From Azolla caroliniana (lineage: Eukaryota; Plantae; Polypodiophyta), in contig JBHGNT010000014.1 in NCBI GenBank assembly GCA_043228905.1, forward strand, positions 3,038,001 to 3,102,000: a stretch of DNA of 64,000 nucleotides, written 5' to 3'. Positions within the stretch are counted from its first letter, which is position 1. Each line of letters starts with the position of its first letter. Positions 24,519 to 37,922 of the stretch are shown here, piece by piece. The position numbers were made by a program, and so were the translations under genes. The notes beneath the pieces are model-generated. The model was not told where the DNA came from. It searched no databases and worked only from the letters and a program-made list of their open reading frames with translations.

Positions 24519-26992
24519 TGATTTCAGGCTCATCCGGAGGCATCTCGGCCTCGCTGACTTCATCGTCAGAACTCAAATTGGAGGTGAGGTCTGGAGTCGG
24601 AGGCAAGTACCAAGACGCAGACTCGTCAAGCACAACGTTGCGGCTCACACAAGCTTGTTTGGTGCGTGGGTTATAACACTTATAACCCTTCTGCTCATCC
24701 GAATAGCCGACCAAGATACACTTCTCGGCTTTCGCGTCTAGCTTCCTCTGTTTCTCCTTCGGCACATGCACATACGCAATGCTACCGAAAACTCTCAAGT
24801 GTCATAGATTCGGGTTCCTTCCGAAATACTGCTCATGCACCGACACTTTGTCTCCGATCCGATTCTGGATGTATACTGCGGTTCGTACTGCCTCGGCCCA
24901 ATAAAACTTGGGCAAGCTCTTCTCCTCCAACATTGCCCGTGCCGCTTCTACAATTGACCGGTTCTTCCTCTCGGCCACGCCATTTTGCTCCGGCATGTAT
25001 CTACAACTAAATTCGTGCCGAATTCCCATCTGTTGCAGATAGCCGTTGAATTGACCGGAAAAGTATTCTTTTCTGCCATCCGACCGCAAGCACTTGATCT
25101 TTCGTCCGGTTTCCGTTTCCACGAACCCTTTGAGGTCCAGGAAACAATCAAAGACTTCACTCTTCTTCTCAATGAGATAGATCCACGTGTGCCGCGTATA
25201 GTCGTCGATGAAGGAGACAAAATATCGACTCCCGCCAAGACTAATGTTCTGTGTCGGCCCCCATACATCGGAATGTATCAAGTCGAGCTTGTTCCGGCTC
25301 CGGTTATGCTCGTTAGGGAATGGAAGTCGGTGTTGCTTCCCTAGCTGGCAGGCTTCACAAATTAGTGCCTTCCAGCCACTACATTTGGGCAATCCGAACA
25401 CCACCTGTTTCGATTGCAAGTCCTGAAGCCGTTGATAGTTGATGTGGCCTATCCGCTTGTGCCATAAGTCGATATCCAACTCGATTTTTTGTCCTTTCGC
25501 GAACATTGTGGTGCCACCGTCACTAGAATCAAGGATAAACATCCTCCCGTCTCTGCGCCCTTGCGCAATAACTCTGCCTTCTTCCTCGATGAAGCACCCG
25601 AGATGCGTGAACCGGACTTGCATCCCCTGGTCAATGATCTGCCCAATCGACACCAGATTCTTCATGATTGTCGGGACGTGTAACATGTTCATAAGTTTCC
25701 CTTTCTATCCGACATGGCTCAAGGGAACTTCACCGACATTCGTGATCGGATGCAAAGTGTCGTCTCCGGTTGCGACTACTCCCGGTTGCATTGGTTTTTC
25801 CAGGTACGAGAACCACTCCTTGTGGCACTTCATGTGGTTTGACGCGCCGGAGTCGACGTACCACACCTCATTCGACTTCGGGGTGATCTTCTTCATCGAG
25901 TTTGCATCGTGTTTCGTCACGAAGGCAAACCCTTTTCCGGCTTTTCCGGACCCTGCGGCGTAGTGCGATCGCTGCCGATTTCCTTTGTCGGTTTGTTCGA
26001 AGCCTGATCCGGATCCGGTCCTCTCTGAATCGGCGCGCTTCTTCTAGCACTCACTCTCCTTGTGGCCTTTCTTGCCACAATACCAGCATTCCGCAACGGA
26101 TTTCCCTTGCCGGTTCTCGTCACCTCAACTCCCCCTGTTTCCGGAGGGTCTGGAATTGTTGTCGGCATCACTTCGGTGCCTTCGTCCTTGATCCCGTCGG
26201 CCGCCTCCATTGCGCACCGACTCGCCTCGTCCCCCACGACCACGGGGCCTATCTCCCTCCATGTATAACATCTTGTTGTCGGCATGCGTGTTCGTCGATG
26301 CACCCACGTGGTTCTCTATAAGAAGCATCAATTGTAAGTCGAAAAACAACGGCGTATTCTCCCGTGTACACACAGCAGTTCAGAATGCTCCGAACTTCGA
26401 CGCCAGTCCCCCGAGACAGATCTACACCATCTTTCCTTCCTCGACGTTCACATCGATGGAGGCTAAAGAGTCACATATATCTTTGATCTTCAAGGTGTAA
26501 TCAGCTACCGACAAATCGCGTTGTCGTAGGTTGCTCAGCTCCTGTCGGAGTTGAAGCTTCCTGGCTGTGGTGCTTGCGGTGAAAATCTTCTTCAAATTTC
26601 CCCAACCATCTTTTGGCATTTTTGCATCCCGAATGTAGCTTAGCAGTTGTTCGCCCACGCCGGGAAATCTCTGTGTGTCAATTTGGGTGCTGTGTCATTT
26701 GCTCCGTCGACATAGCTCCAGTAACCATGCCCGAACAGGTACTGGTGCATCTTGTAGGACCAAGATGCGTAGTTGTTTCTGTCGAGCTTCTCTGTCGGAA
26801 GTGAGCTAGCCATGCCTCTATCCATCGGTTCTACCTATTCTTCCTGGTTGGTTTTTCTTTCAAGTTATGTCAGTTGCAGAGGTTCTCAACCCTCGCGCTC
26901 TGATACCATGTAAAGAATAGCGTGCGGAAGCAATAGGAAATCAAACGCAGAAAATACGCAAGTTTAATGGAGAGCTTGTATATGCACAGTAC

Positions 26993-27034
<42 letters not shown>

Positions 27035-27357
27035 ACAGCAAAACTAGATTCAAAACAATACTCAATCTATACATAGGATGTGCTCAGTGAGCACTTTTAT
27101 ACAAGTCCATACGGACTAATAGAAGTACTAACACGTACTTCAATGCTCATAACTGAGCTCTACGCTAACTCCCAAAATATATTCCTACGCGGAATATCTT
27201 TCCAACGGCCTCGCGGTTTATGCACCGCTACGGCTTCTCATTACGCACCGGTTTGCGTACTGGTTTACGCACCCGTTTTACGCACCGGTCCAGCCTAACC
27301 GATCCGGTTCTCGGCTTGCACAGCCGATCCGGTAAATGTTGAGCTTGTATCTCAACA

Positions 27358-28749
27358 AGAACCTTGTACCATTGATCCGTTCTAAAAGACTTGAGATAAG
27401 GGAAAATGCGTACCTATTCTTGATGGTGACCTTATTCAAGACACAGTAATCTATGACGAGACGAAGTGATCCATCCTTTTTCTTGACGAAGAAAATGGGT
27501 GCGTAGGCTGGAGATTTTGAATGTCGAATGAAACCATTTGCCAAATTCTCCTCTATATAGGCTCGAAGGACTTCTAGCTCGGTTGGTGACAAATTGTCCA
27601 TCGGTCCCCATGGTGGCTCTTTTCCCGGTTGTAAATCGATGGGGCAATCATACAATCGATGGTGAGGAAACGTATTGGCTTGTACTTTATCGAACACATC
27701 GGCAAAATGACGACACTTCTCTGGAAGTTGAATGGTGGACTCTTCTTTAGTGGTGTTGGAGGGTTTTACTGATACTGCGAAGAGAAACATTTCTTCCTTG
27801 CATCCTTCCTCCCGCAACTGATGTAGCGAAATGGTTGCAATCTTATGAGTAGATCCTCGGGTTTGTCGATGCCGGATGTCCCTTGTTCTCCAATCTATAT
27901 CTGGGTTATGTAATTCGAACCATAGTAATCCCAAAACAACGGGATGTTCTGGGATACTAATTATATTAAAGGATACTACACACACTAAATTATCTAGGAA
28001 AATATTAACGGGCTCTAACTCTTCTATGCTATTTCCAGAAAGAATGGGACGACCATCAATGACTACTACAAAGGCTGGACACGAGAGTTTTCTTAGGGAT
28101 ATCTGATGAGCTTGGGCAAAATTTCCATCCATGAAGCAAGAATTAGCCCCGGAATCTAGGAGTGTTGAGACATGTACTAGAGAGGTACTTTTAGTATTAA
28201 TTGTTACTTAGGCTAAGAACACGTTGCTAACTTGCTTAGAGGGAATGGAACCACTAATGGGTTGCATAGATCTAGGGCTATCCAACCAAATGACTCCTAG
28301 TTTGGTTGGAATTACTCGTTTAACTCGTCTTCTAACTGACTAAGGACATCAAATTTGTTCGATAGATTTGGGCTATTAGTACTATTAGGACTATCAAATA
28401 TTCTTATTAAAATAGACTCGGGTTTAGTACAATTAGAACTAGCAACCATTTGGTTCACTTGTCTTCTTGGCCTATGGGGACAGTTCACTACAATATGCCC
28501 TGGTCCACCGCAATAAAGACATAATCGATTTGCTCGGCGTCGTTGCTTTTCTTCTTCCGATAATGGACCGCGACGACGTGTAGTGTCAATTTCCATCAGA
28601 GTTGGAGTATTCACTAGAGACACATTATATGACTCCCTTGGAAAAGGTTTTGCAACCATTGAGGCATAGGTGGGATCTGATCTTGCCATTGGCATCTAGA
28701 ACTTACGTTCCGAACTTCGTTCAAAAAGACAGTTGTCGCATCTCACCGT
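27358..28749 (-). pseudogene. gag C-terminus (CCHC), protease and RT N-terminus of element F
   Basis: [14 protein letters not shown]; LLDSGANSCF; PIFFVKKKDGSLRLVIDY. Confidence 0.9.
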
Positions 28750-28859
28750 TGTCGTGTGAATCTTCTCACACTATGTAAAAATAAATAAATAATAAAATAA
28801 GTGCATTATATTAGCTTAACGGCATGTTATAGAAGACGAATGTTTGAGAAGATAGGGAA

Positions 28860-29221
28860 AATAGAACTATTATTTATCCCACATAGATAGGAAACTTAAG
28901 GCCCTAGCTATATAAACACCTTGAGACCCTCATTTTCATTTGTGCTAAGAGCACTTTGGCCACTTTGTCTTCATGGATGATGGTGGCCAAGTTCCCAAAA
29001 ACCGGAAACCGGTCGGTAAGCAAAATCGGAACCGACCGACAATAGAACTATTATTTATCCCACATAGATAGGAAACTTAAGGCCCTAGCTATATAAACAC
29101 CTTGAGACCCTCATTTTCATTTGTGCTAAGAGCACTTTGGCCACTTTGTCTTCATGGATGATGGTGGCCAAGTTCCCAAAAACCGGAAACCGGTCGGTAA
29201 GCAAAATCGGAACCGACCGAC
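28860..29221. repeat. 181-bp tandem duplication unique to the 5' LTR of H
   Basis: AATAGAACTATTATTTATCCC at 28860 and 29041; single copy in the 3' LTR. Confidence 0.9.
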
Positions 29222-29657
29222 CGGTAAGCAAAACTGAAACCGATCGGCCGGTAAGCAAAATTGAGAACCGGCCGATAAGCAAAACCGAAACTGTCCGGTA
29301 AGCAAACCGGAACTGGCGGCGGAGCCGGTGAGGCTGCTGCAACCAACGACTGGACGAGGCTGGATGTAAAACCAAACAGATGATAGGATCATGTGGCTAA
29401 TTATAGTGAAATGAAGAAAAATAAAGTAAAGGTCATGTAGACGGTCGCATGCAACTAAAAGAAAAGGCCATGCAACTAAAAATGGATGCAACTAAAAGTA
29501 GAGGCCATGCAGCTAAAAGTGGGCATGCAAAGTAACATGGAAGGCTATGATCAACAGAGAACTCCATATATATTCCATTTTTTTTACACTAATCCACTCT
29601 CCATATTATTTTTCTTTTCCTTCTCGGTTCGCTTATCTCACAGGCCCATAACACTCA

Positions 29658-29860
29658 TAAACCCTAATTTTCCCTACGGAAACCATAACACTCAAAAACC
29701 CTAAATTTCCTTAAGGAATTCAAAACCCTAATTTCCTTACGGAAGCCATATCTCTCATAAACCCTAATTTCCTTACGAAAACCAAAAACCCTCATTTTCC
29801 CTACTGAAACCATATCTCTCAAAATCTAAAATCTCTTATCAAAGCCAAAAACCCTAAATT
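29658..29860. repeat. AAACCCTAA-containing ~30-36-bp repeats in the H LTR (also 49480-49590 and 55532-55700)
   Basis: Repeated AAACCCTAATTTCCTTACGGAAGCCATATCTCTCAT units. Confidence 0.85.
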
Positions 29861-30896
29861 TCTATTGAATCCATATTTAGTTTCTTCTAATCTATTATTC
29901 TAGTAATCTTCATAAGCTAAACTTTTGTAATCCCAATCTTGGGATTGATTATAATCTTTCTTTTCCTTTGTTAATGAAATTAGTCAATCTTTCTTATTTC
30001 CATTAATTGTTAAAAATACAAAAGCACGAATGTGACGTCCTCTAGTCGGAGGCCCCGGGGTCCTGCCTCAAGTTCACGTATCCTCGTCATATTTTCGCGA
30101 CATCTTTGGTGAACCCGAGGTGAATCGACGTGGTAGGAGGATATCTCATGGAGGCATATAAATACAAAGAGCCGAAGAGATGCAAACTATACGAGTTCGA
30201 TCAATGGGTATCATCATTAAAGACCCACCAAAGTGCCATGCATGCTTTCGTTGAGTTCGAGTGTTGTTGACCGGTCAGAAGAGCAAGGACAAGTGGGAAG
30301 GCGGAGTCAGATCGGATAATAGGAAGTAAATAATAGTATAATTATTATTCGGAGGGACGGATCCGGTACAGTTGTACCGATCCGGATCCGGACCGATTCG
30401 GATGCCGGTTGCCTAAGCGCACCGATTGTAACCTTGCCGGATGCCTATAAAAGGATCCGATGATTTGTAAAGGCTTTACGGAAGTAATGCAAATAGAATT
30501 ATTGTGTGTTTATCTGTATCTTTGTATTGTTTAGGGTTTAGGGTTTAACGGATCCGGTACAGTTGTACCGATCCGGATCCGGACCGATTCGGATGCCGGT
30601 TGCCTAAGCGCACTGATTGTAACCTTGCCGGATGCCTATAAAAGGATCCGATGATTTGTAAAGGCTTTAAGAAAGTAATACAAATAGAATTATTGCGTGT
30701 TTATCTGTATCTTTGTATTGTTTTACCGTCTGTGCTTAGTGTAATCATCTTACGCGTGTAACCTAGCATCCAATCCTTACCACCCCTTTGGAGAAGTGTC
30801 GGATAGACACCTGTGTTGAGGCTAGTCCGGCCAGGCAGACAACACTATTTTGGCGACCACGATTCCTGCAAAGTGCAGAGGACAACCGGGGGATGG

Positions 30897-33800
30897 ATGT
30901 CTAGACCAAACGACGACCACATCACCGAACGAGGGAGACGATACACCAAACGAGAGCAACGACGGGAAGCCCTGCAGCAAGCCGTCGACGAGATCTGGCG
31001 AGATCGGTCATTCTCCAGAACTCTTCGGAGAGTCGCAGAAGAAGCACTGCAGTTCCGGGTTCTGCAAGTCCCCGACGAAGGCAGTAGCATAACAAGCCTG
31101 CAAGAGGCGGAAATGATACTACAGACGCTCGCCGGGGGCGACGGGGACTCGGAAGCATTCGCAACACTTGAGGCGGAGTCGGAAAGCGACGGAAGCGTTG
31201 CGTCCCGGTATAAAAGCAGCCACGACACACCAAACGACCCGAGGGAAGAGGGGTCGGAAGACTGAGTAACACCGGAGCCAGAGGAAGAAATAACCTTGGA
31301 GTTCGGTGACCGGCAATCGCCGAGGGAGGCTGACCGGATACCGACAACACCCGCGAAGGAACCGAAGGAGCGGATACTGACAACACCCGCGAAGGAACCG
31401 AAGGAGCGGATACCGACAACACCCGCGAAGGAACCGAAGGAGCAGATACCGACAACACCCGCGAAGGAACCAAAGGACCGGACACCGGCAACACCCGCGG
31501 AGGAACTGAAGGAGCGGATACCGGCACCAACCGCAGAGGAACCAAAGGTTCTCACACCGACGCCAACAGCGAATAGAGAGCGGAGAAAGCAGGAGAGTCA
31601 GTTCGACGACACGATGCCGTACCCATACCCAAAGTACCGGGATGAGCCCGACGCGGAGGCACACGTGTACGCATTCCTCCAAACATGGGAAGCCAACCAT
31701 GTCTCCCAAAGACTGACGGAGCCCGAAGCCGAACGATCCAAAGTCGCCGAATTCGGCATGACCTTAGAAGGACCGGCGGCCCGATGGCACGCAAAGCACT
31801 TACCGGGCAGCTTTGCCACATTCGATGCCTTGAAGGCCAAATTCCTCAGGCTTTTTCACAGACAAGTTGAGCAAAAGGAATTGGTCGAGCAGTTCTACAC
31901 CACCCGGCAGGAAGAGAACGAGACTGTGCCACAATTCATCATTCGGTTTCAGACCCTGCACAGCCAACTGACGAGAGCACCACCCGAAGACGAAGCCAAA
32001 GTAGTCTTTTTGGCCGCGCTGAAAGAGCCACTTCGAACAATGTGCGGAGTCCTTGATTTCCGCACCAACACAATGGACCAAGTTATTGATCGGGTCTTAG
32101 AAATGGACAAGACTAGCTCCTTCTTGTCGATGGGGATGTTACACCGGGCACTCCCGAAGGAGGAAGACCTGAGGTTCCGACAGGCCTTACAATGCACAAC
32201 ATGCCTAAATTCGGGCCACTCAACGGTAGACTGCACCCTGCGGACACAATGTATGATCTGCAACTCTCGAGCCCATACAACGGACCGATGCGAATATAAC
32301 CTGTTAAATCGGCAGGCAGCACCGGTTCGACACATAGAACCTCGCAATCAGAACCCGGATGAGGATCGATTCCGGAGAGACGACCGCTACCAACGCGAAC
32401 GCGGTAACAGATACGCTAATAGAAGACGCGATAACTATGACCGAGAGGAGAAACGCAGAGATAGCTACCCCCGGGACCGGTACGACCGAGACGAATCCCC
32501 GGAATACGAACGACGCAGAGAAGAGAGGCGACAAGGGAACCGAAATTTCCGACGGAATCAGAAGCGTGGATTTTTCCGAAGAGAGGAACGTCGGGAGGCA
32601 GCAAGGAATGACAACCCGGTATCGGTACCGGATAACCGAAAAACCGAAGACGACCGCCGAAGTATACCCACCCTCCAAACCGGGGACAAAGGAGAAACGA
32701 GCAACAGTCACAAGGTGTACTGTTATTACTGCCGTAAGGAGGGCCATTATAGTAACCAATGCCCAAGCAAAACCAATGACAAGCAGCCGGCAGTCAACAT
32801 GGTTACAGCCGAAATAACAGAAGTACAGCAGATCACAACCCGGTCAAAGGGAAAGACCGCCGAGTGGGAAGCCCAGGAGGCAATCAGAAAACAAGCGGCG
32901 CAATGGATCAAGGAGGCCAATGAACAGAATGCGGCAGAAATAAGAGACCAAAATATGCCAAAAGACGAAGAAATCATACAGCCAGGAGAAACCCCGACGT
33001 GGCAAGCGCTATAGGACTGTCAAATCGTGTTGCCGTTAGCACGGCTACTACAGTTGGTGCCACGGTTTACGGCAGACTTACAGGCATCCGTGAGCAAACC
33101 GAAGCCGATGCCAGCACCGGCATTCTTCTCCAACCCGGAGGAAGGACCAGCGGTGGTCGATACAAGTAGCCCGGCGATCACGGCAATCGTGAAAGGAAAG
33201 GAAATTGCTGGAACGATTATTAACAGAGGCTCCGGGGTAAATGTCATCAGCCGACAGACATGCGATAACCTGGGCATCCGGGAATGGGAACCATGCCCCT
33301 TCTGGTTACGCATGGCGGATACCAGCTCAGTCCGACCGACCGGGCTTATCCGGGATTTGGAAGTAACGATCGGAGGCCACGTATTCCGGATATCGGCCGT
33401 GGTGCTGCAGCTAAATGTACAAGGCGCATACCCCCTACTGCTAGGACGACCATGGCTGCGAACGGCGCATATCAAGCAGAACTGGCAAAAGAACATGATC
33501 ACATTCCGGCGAGGGAAAACAAAGGTACGAGTAACGACACAACCACGGGTGATCGCCAGTAAGGAAGCAACTCCATTGTATGCGGAAAGCATCAACATGT
33601 TGGAGGGATTACCGGACGAGGAAGTCGAGCGGTACCTCGAGGAACGCCCACGAATCGTCCCACTATTTGAGGTGGATATCACGGCGGCAGTAGAACCGTA
33701 CATCACGACGCCGGACGAACTGGACCAAGCGGCGATCCGGGAACTGCGACAAGCGCAGGAATCCCTAGAGAGGGAAATGACGATATCCCAGAGGGTAAAA

Positions 33801-36800
33801 GCATCCCAACTAGAGGAGGTGGACCTCGGCACAACAGACAAGCCCCGACCGGTAAATGTCGCAAAGGAATTGCCGAAGGAAGAAAAGAAGGCAATGATAG
33901 CATTATTAACAGACTTCAAGGATGTGTTCGCCTGGTCGTACGAAGACATGCGAGGGCTGGACCCCCAGCTCTATCAGCACCAAATTCACCTAAGTACGGA
34001 CGCGAAACCGATCACTCAACGCAGGTACCGGATGAATCCGAATTATGCGGCGAAGGTGAAGGAGGAGATTGATAAGCTCCTCCGAGTCGGATTTATCCGA
34101 CCGGTCAAGCAGGCAACCTGGCTGAGTCCGATAGTGGTGGTCCCGAAAAAGAATGGCAAAATCCGGGTATGCGTGGACTACCGCAAACTAAATGCCGCAA
34201 CAGTGACCGATGCGTTTCCACTACCATTTACGGACGGGGTGTTAGATGCGGTAGCCGGCCACGAAGTTTACAGCTTCCTGGATGGATTTAGCGGCTACAA
34301 TCAAATACGAATGAACCCAGCCGACCAGGAGAAGACAGCGTTCGTTACGGAATGGGGAGTGGTCGTCGCGGTCGTGATGATGTTCGGACTAAAGATGGCT
34401 CCAACGACCTTTCAAAGGATAATAATGGAAATTTTCGGGGAATATATCCCCGGTTTTATGCAGGTCTTCCTTGACGATTTCGCGGTCTACAGTCGGCACG
34501 GAGAGCATCTCGATCACCTCCGACTGTGCTTGGAAAAGTGCCGCGAGTACCGGTTGAGTCTGAACCCGGCCAAGTGCATCTTTGGAGTGGCAAGGGGCAA
34601 CTTACTAGGGCACGTGGTGAGTAAGGAAGGAATCGCGGTAGATCCGGATAAAGTAAAGGCAATTCTCGAGGCACCGGCACCAAATAACGCAAAGGCTTTA
34701 AGCCAGTTCCTGGGCCAAATAAGGTGGCATAGCCGGATGATACGACACCTCGCAGACTTCGCTACACCATTGCATACCGCCGTACACAGGGTACCCTTCT
34801 TGTGGGCGGAGACGGAGGAGGAAGCCTACCAAGCGTTGAAGGTTATGCTGTCGCAAGCTCCGGTGGTGCAACCGCCAGATTGGAGTAAAAGCTTTCACGT
34901 CTTCGTCGACGCGTCGGACGTAGCAATCGGCAGCGTTTTGATGCAACTCACGGAGCCGAAATGGTACCGACCGGTGTACTACGCAAGCCGGAAACTCTCA
35001 AAAGCCGAACGGAACTACTCTACGACGGAACACGAGGCATTAGGAATGGTGTATAGTGTCACAAAATACAGGCACTATCTGCTCGGAAGGAAGTTTTCCT
35101 TCCATGTCGACCATTCGGCACTACTCTACCTGGTCTCGAAGGCATCCCTGACGGGAAAAATTGCACGATGGACACTACTATTACAGGAATTTGAATTCGA
35201 CATTTTCCACTAACCCGGGGCGCAGCATGCGGTAGCGGACTACCTAAGCAGACTCGAATCCGGAGAAGCAGGGGACAGCGTCCACGATGAGTTCCCCGAC
35301 GACGATTTGTTCCGGATCACGACGGAACCGGCAACGGATGCAACGGTAGCCGATGAAGACACGTGGCTAACTGAGATGCATCAGTTCCTGAGCACCGGAG
35401 TACCCCCGGAGAACATGGACCACGATGAAAGGAAAAGGGTAGCAGTAAGAAGCAGACATTTCTGCTTGGTTGGAGACACCCTCTATCACAAGGGGGCAGA
35501 TGGCATCTAGAGACGAGCAATGCGGAGCGATGAGAAGGATCTAATCCTCAGGGAAGCCCACTGTGGAATTGCCGGCGGGCATTATGCCGGCGACGCAACC
35601 GCTCGGAAAATATGGCAGAGCGGACTGTGGTGGCCCACCACCCTAAAAGATGCCGTGAAGTATAGCAGAGAATGCGATTTGTGTCAACGACTGGGCCAAC
35701 CCACGGAGCAGGCCCGGATGCCACACCACCCGGTCTTGCCATTGGAACTGTTTCAAAAGTGGGGTTTGGACTTTGTCGGTCCCTTCAAGCCACCGGCAAT
35801 GCGAACCAGAAATCGGTATGTCATAGTGGCGACCGACTATTGCACCAAATGGGTAGAAGCGAAGGCCTTACGGGACAACACGGCCGCGTCCACGGCAAAG
35901 TTCCTGTACGAGTGCATATGGTGCCAGTATGGATGCCCGATCGAGCTTATAAGTGACCAAGGAGGACACTTTCTCGGGCAGGTAGTAGAAAGCATGACGT
36001 CATTTTACGCGGTGGTACATAAAAGGAGTACTCCCTACTACCCTCAAGCCAATGGACTAGCAGAATCGACGAACAAAACTCTGCAGAACATCCTACGAAA
36101 AATCGTCAACGAGAACCGGACCGACTGGGATACGAAATTGCAGAGCGCGCTATGGGCGTACCGAACAACGTACAAAACCAACATCCGGACAACCCCGTTC
36201 CGACTAGCATTCGGTTTAGAAGAGGTCATGCCGGTAGAGTTCCAGATCCCCAGCTTACGGATCCAGGTAAAGGAGCGCTTAAGTGAGAAGGAGTCCGAAC
36301 GAATCCGACTAGCGACGTTGTTGGAATTAGAAGAAAACCGAATAGCCAGCTTACTACAACTCGAACTGGAGCTAAGGAGGAGAAAAGCTTTCGTGGACCG
36401 ACACTGGCGTGGCAACGAAAAGGAGTTCGAAGTCGGGAAACCGGTGCTACTGTTCCAGACACGGATGGGGAACATGTCGGGAAAGTTGCGGTTTCGGTGG
36501 ACCGGACCGTTCTGGATCACCAAGGAGTACAATGGGTCGTATCAGCTCGGCACGTTGTCTGGAGAAGTCATCGGTAAATGGGCAAATGGGTTTCGGCTAA
36601 AGCCGTATAAGGGAAATATGCCAGCCAACCCGTTCAAGCAAAACCCGGAAATCCGGCACAATGAGGAACCGACACCGACAGACGTTGTTGAAGATATTCG
36701 GACCGAGGAAGAACCGACACCGACAGACGCTGCTGCAGATATCCAGACCGAGGAAGAACCGACACCGATACTGACAAAGACTATCCCGGAAAACCGACAG

Positions 36801-36857
36801 AAGGATCTGGTATCAACGCGAACCGACCCGAACAAATCGGGGGGGACCAGAAAATGA
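30897..36857 (+). pseudogene. Single-frame gag-pol of element C (gag with zinc knuckles, PR, RT, RH, IN) with 4 in-frame stops
   Basis: ORF pieces 30813, 31296, 33027, 35307 and 35520 share one frame. CYYCRKEGHYSNQC; IINRGSG (catalytic Asp lost); FLDGFSGYNQI, FLDD; DASD; WGLDFVGP. Confidence 0.93.
31335..31560 (+). repeat. 36-bp coding tandem repeat in C gag (RIPTTPAKEPKE, about 6 copies)
   Basis: ACCGACAACACCCGCGAAGGAACCGAAGGAGCGGAT units. Confidence 0.9.
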
Positions 36858-36875
36858 CGTGGTCCAAACAAACAG

Positions 36876-36909
<34 letters not shown>

Positions 36910-37133
36910 ATAGTAATGATGGGGAGATCACAAGAGGTGGGAGCGCCACCATGCAACGAAGAGGCGTCATGCAGTAAAGGAGGACGTGCGCGTACTTGCT
37001 ATTTAAAGCATGGAACGTGGGCACCGACATACGAGGTATTACTCACACGCGGCAAGCAAGAAAGGACATACTAATTATGGCGGGAGATAGACATGCGCGG
37101 GAAACGAAAAAGGGCGGCTCGAGGCAAAAGCCA

Positions 37134-37141
37134 CTATATAA
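37134..37141 (+). promoter_or_regulatory. Putative internal TATA box for the extra ORF of C
   Basis: CTATATAA lies about 150 bp upstream of ATG 37923 once the solo LTR is removed. Confidence 0.5.
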
Positions 37142-37158
37142 GACACAAGCCTGCGAAG

Positions 37159-37798
37159 TGAAAAGAGAGATGATGATAGAAAAGAGAGAGAAGGAAGATA
37201 TAGAAACCCAAATCTACAAAGATATATTAATAAGGAGTGATGATCATAGAAACAAGAGAAAGAAGATACATAAACTCAAGCCTACAAGGATGAATTGATA
37301 ACAACTCCACCAACACTACGTGAATAGGCAAGAAAACATCACAAGAAAAAAGCTCTCCTCACCACCTCACTCTTCTTGCTTTATATGAAGTTCTCCTCTA
37401 GTAGATAAGTTTCGCTTGCTTTCTTTTCCACGCTTTTTTTAGAGCTTTTCCATCTCCTATTCTTAGCTATGACACAACGATCTTCTAATCGTCATATCTC
37501 CCTCATCCATGCTCCAAATTTAGAGTTTTAAAAAGCTACGGATAGCTCTCGTCATAAGCTTTCTAACCCATATTTACACGTGATATTTGGGTGTCAAACG
37601 AGAGAGTTATGAGCATTTGTTTCTGACTGCGTTTTGGTGGTCTGCTTTTTCTCTTTTTAACTTTTCTCCATCTTTATTGCTTTTATTTGGACTTATCCAC
37701 GAGATGTTAGTTCATGTCCTTGTCCTCCAAATGTGAATCCTCCATACCTTATATTCTTTTAGTGTCCAATGGCTTGAATTCTAAAAAACAGTTTCACA
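37159..37798. mobile_element. 640-bp solo LTR inserted in element C
   Basis: TG..CA ends, perfect TSD CGAAG (37154-37158, 37799-37803), AT-rich compared with its flanks. Confidence 0.85.
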
Positions 37799-37922
37799 CG
37801 AAGGACTTACTTTTTACGAATTTTCCTACACACAGGCACAAAAGCACAGAAGAGCGATCCGACGCACAGCGCACACACATCCCGATCCCGAACAACAGAC
37901 AGCAGAAGAAGAATTCGAACCA

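Larger units (their letters stand above)
20640..27357 (-). mobile_element. Ty1/copia element A; LTRs 20640-21094 and 26909-27357
   Basis: TSD AGAAC (20635-20639, 27358-27362); PBS TGGTATCAGAGC (tRNA-iMet) 26908-26897; PPT 21095-21106; domain order gag-PR(WYVDSGAS)-IN(HSDVWGP)-RT(YKARLVAKG)-RH; several stops. Confidence 0.95.

Noticed and set aside
31335-31560. 36-bp repeats suggesting a CRISPR array
   Set aside because: Head-to-tail with no unique spacers, in frame within gag, eukaryotic context, no cas genes.
36876-36908. Poly(A) run as a retroposed insert
   Set aside because: No TSD or associated body; likely slippage expansion just after the pol stop.
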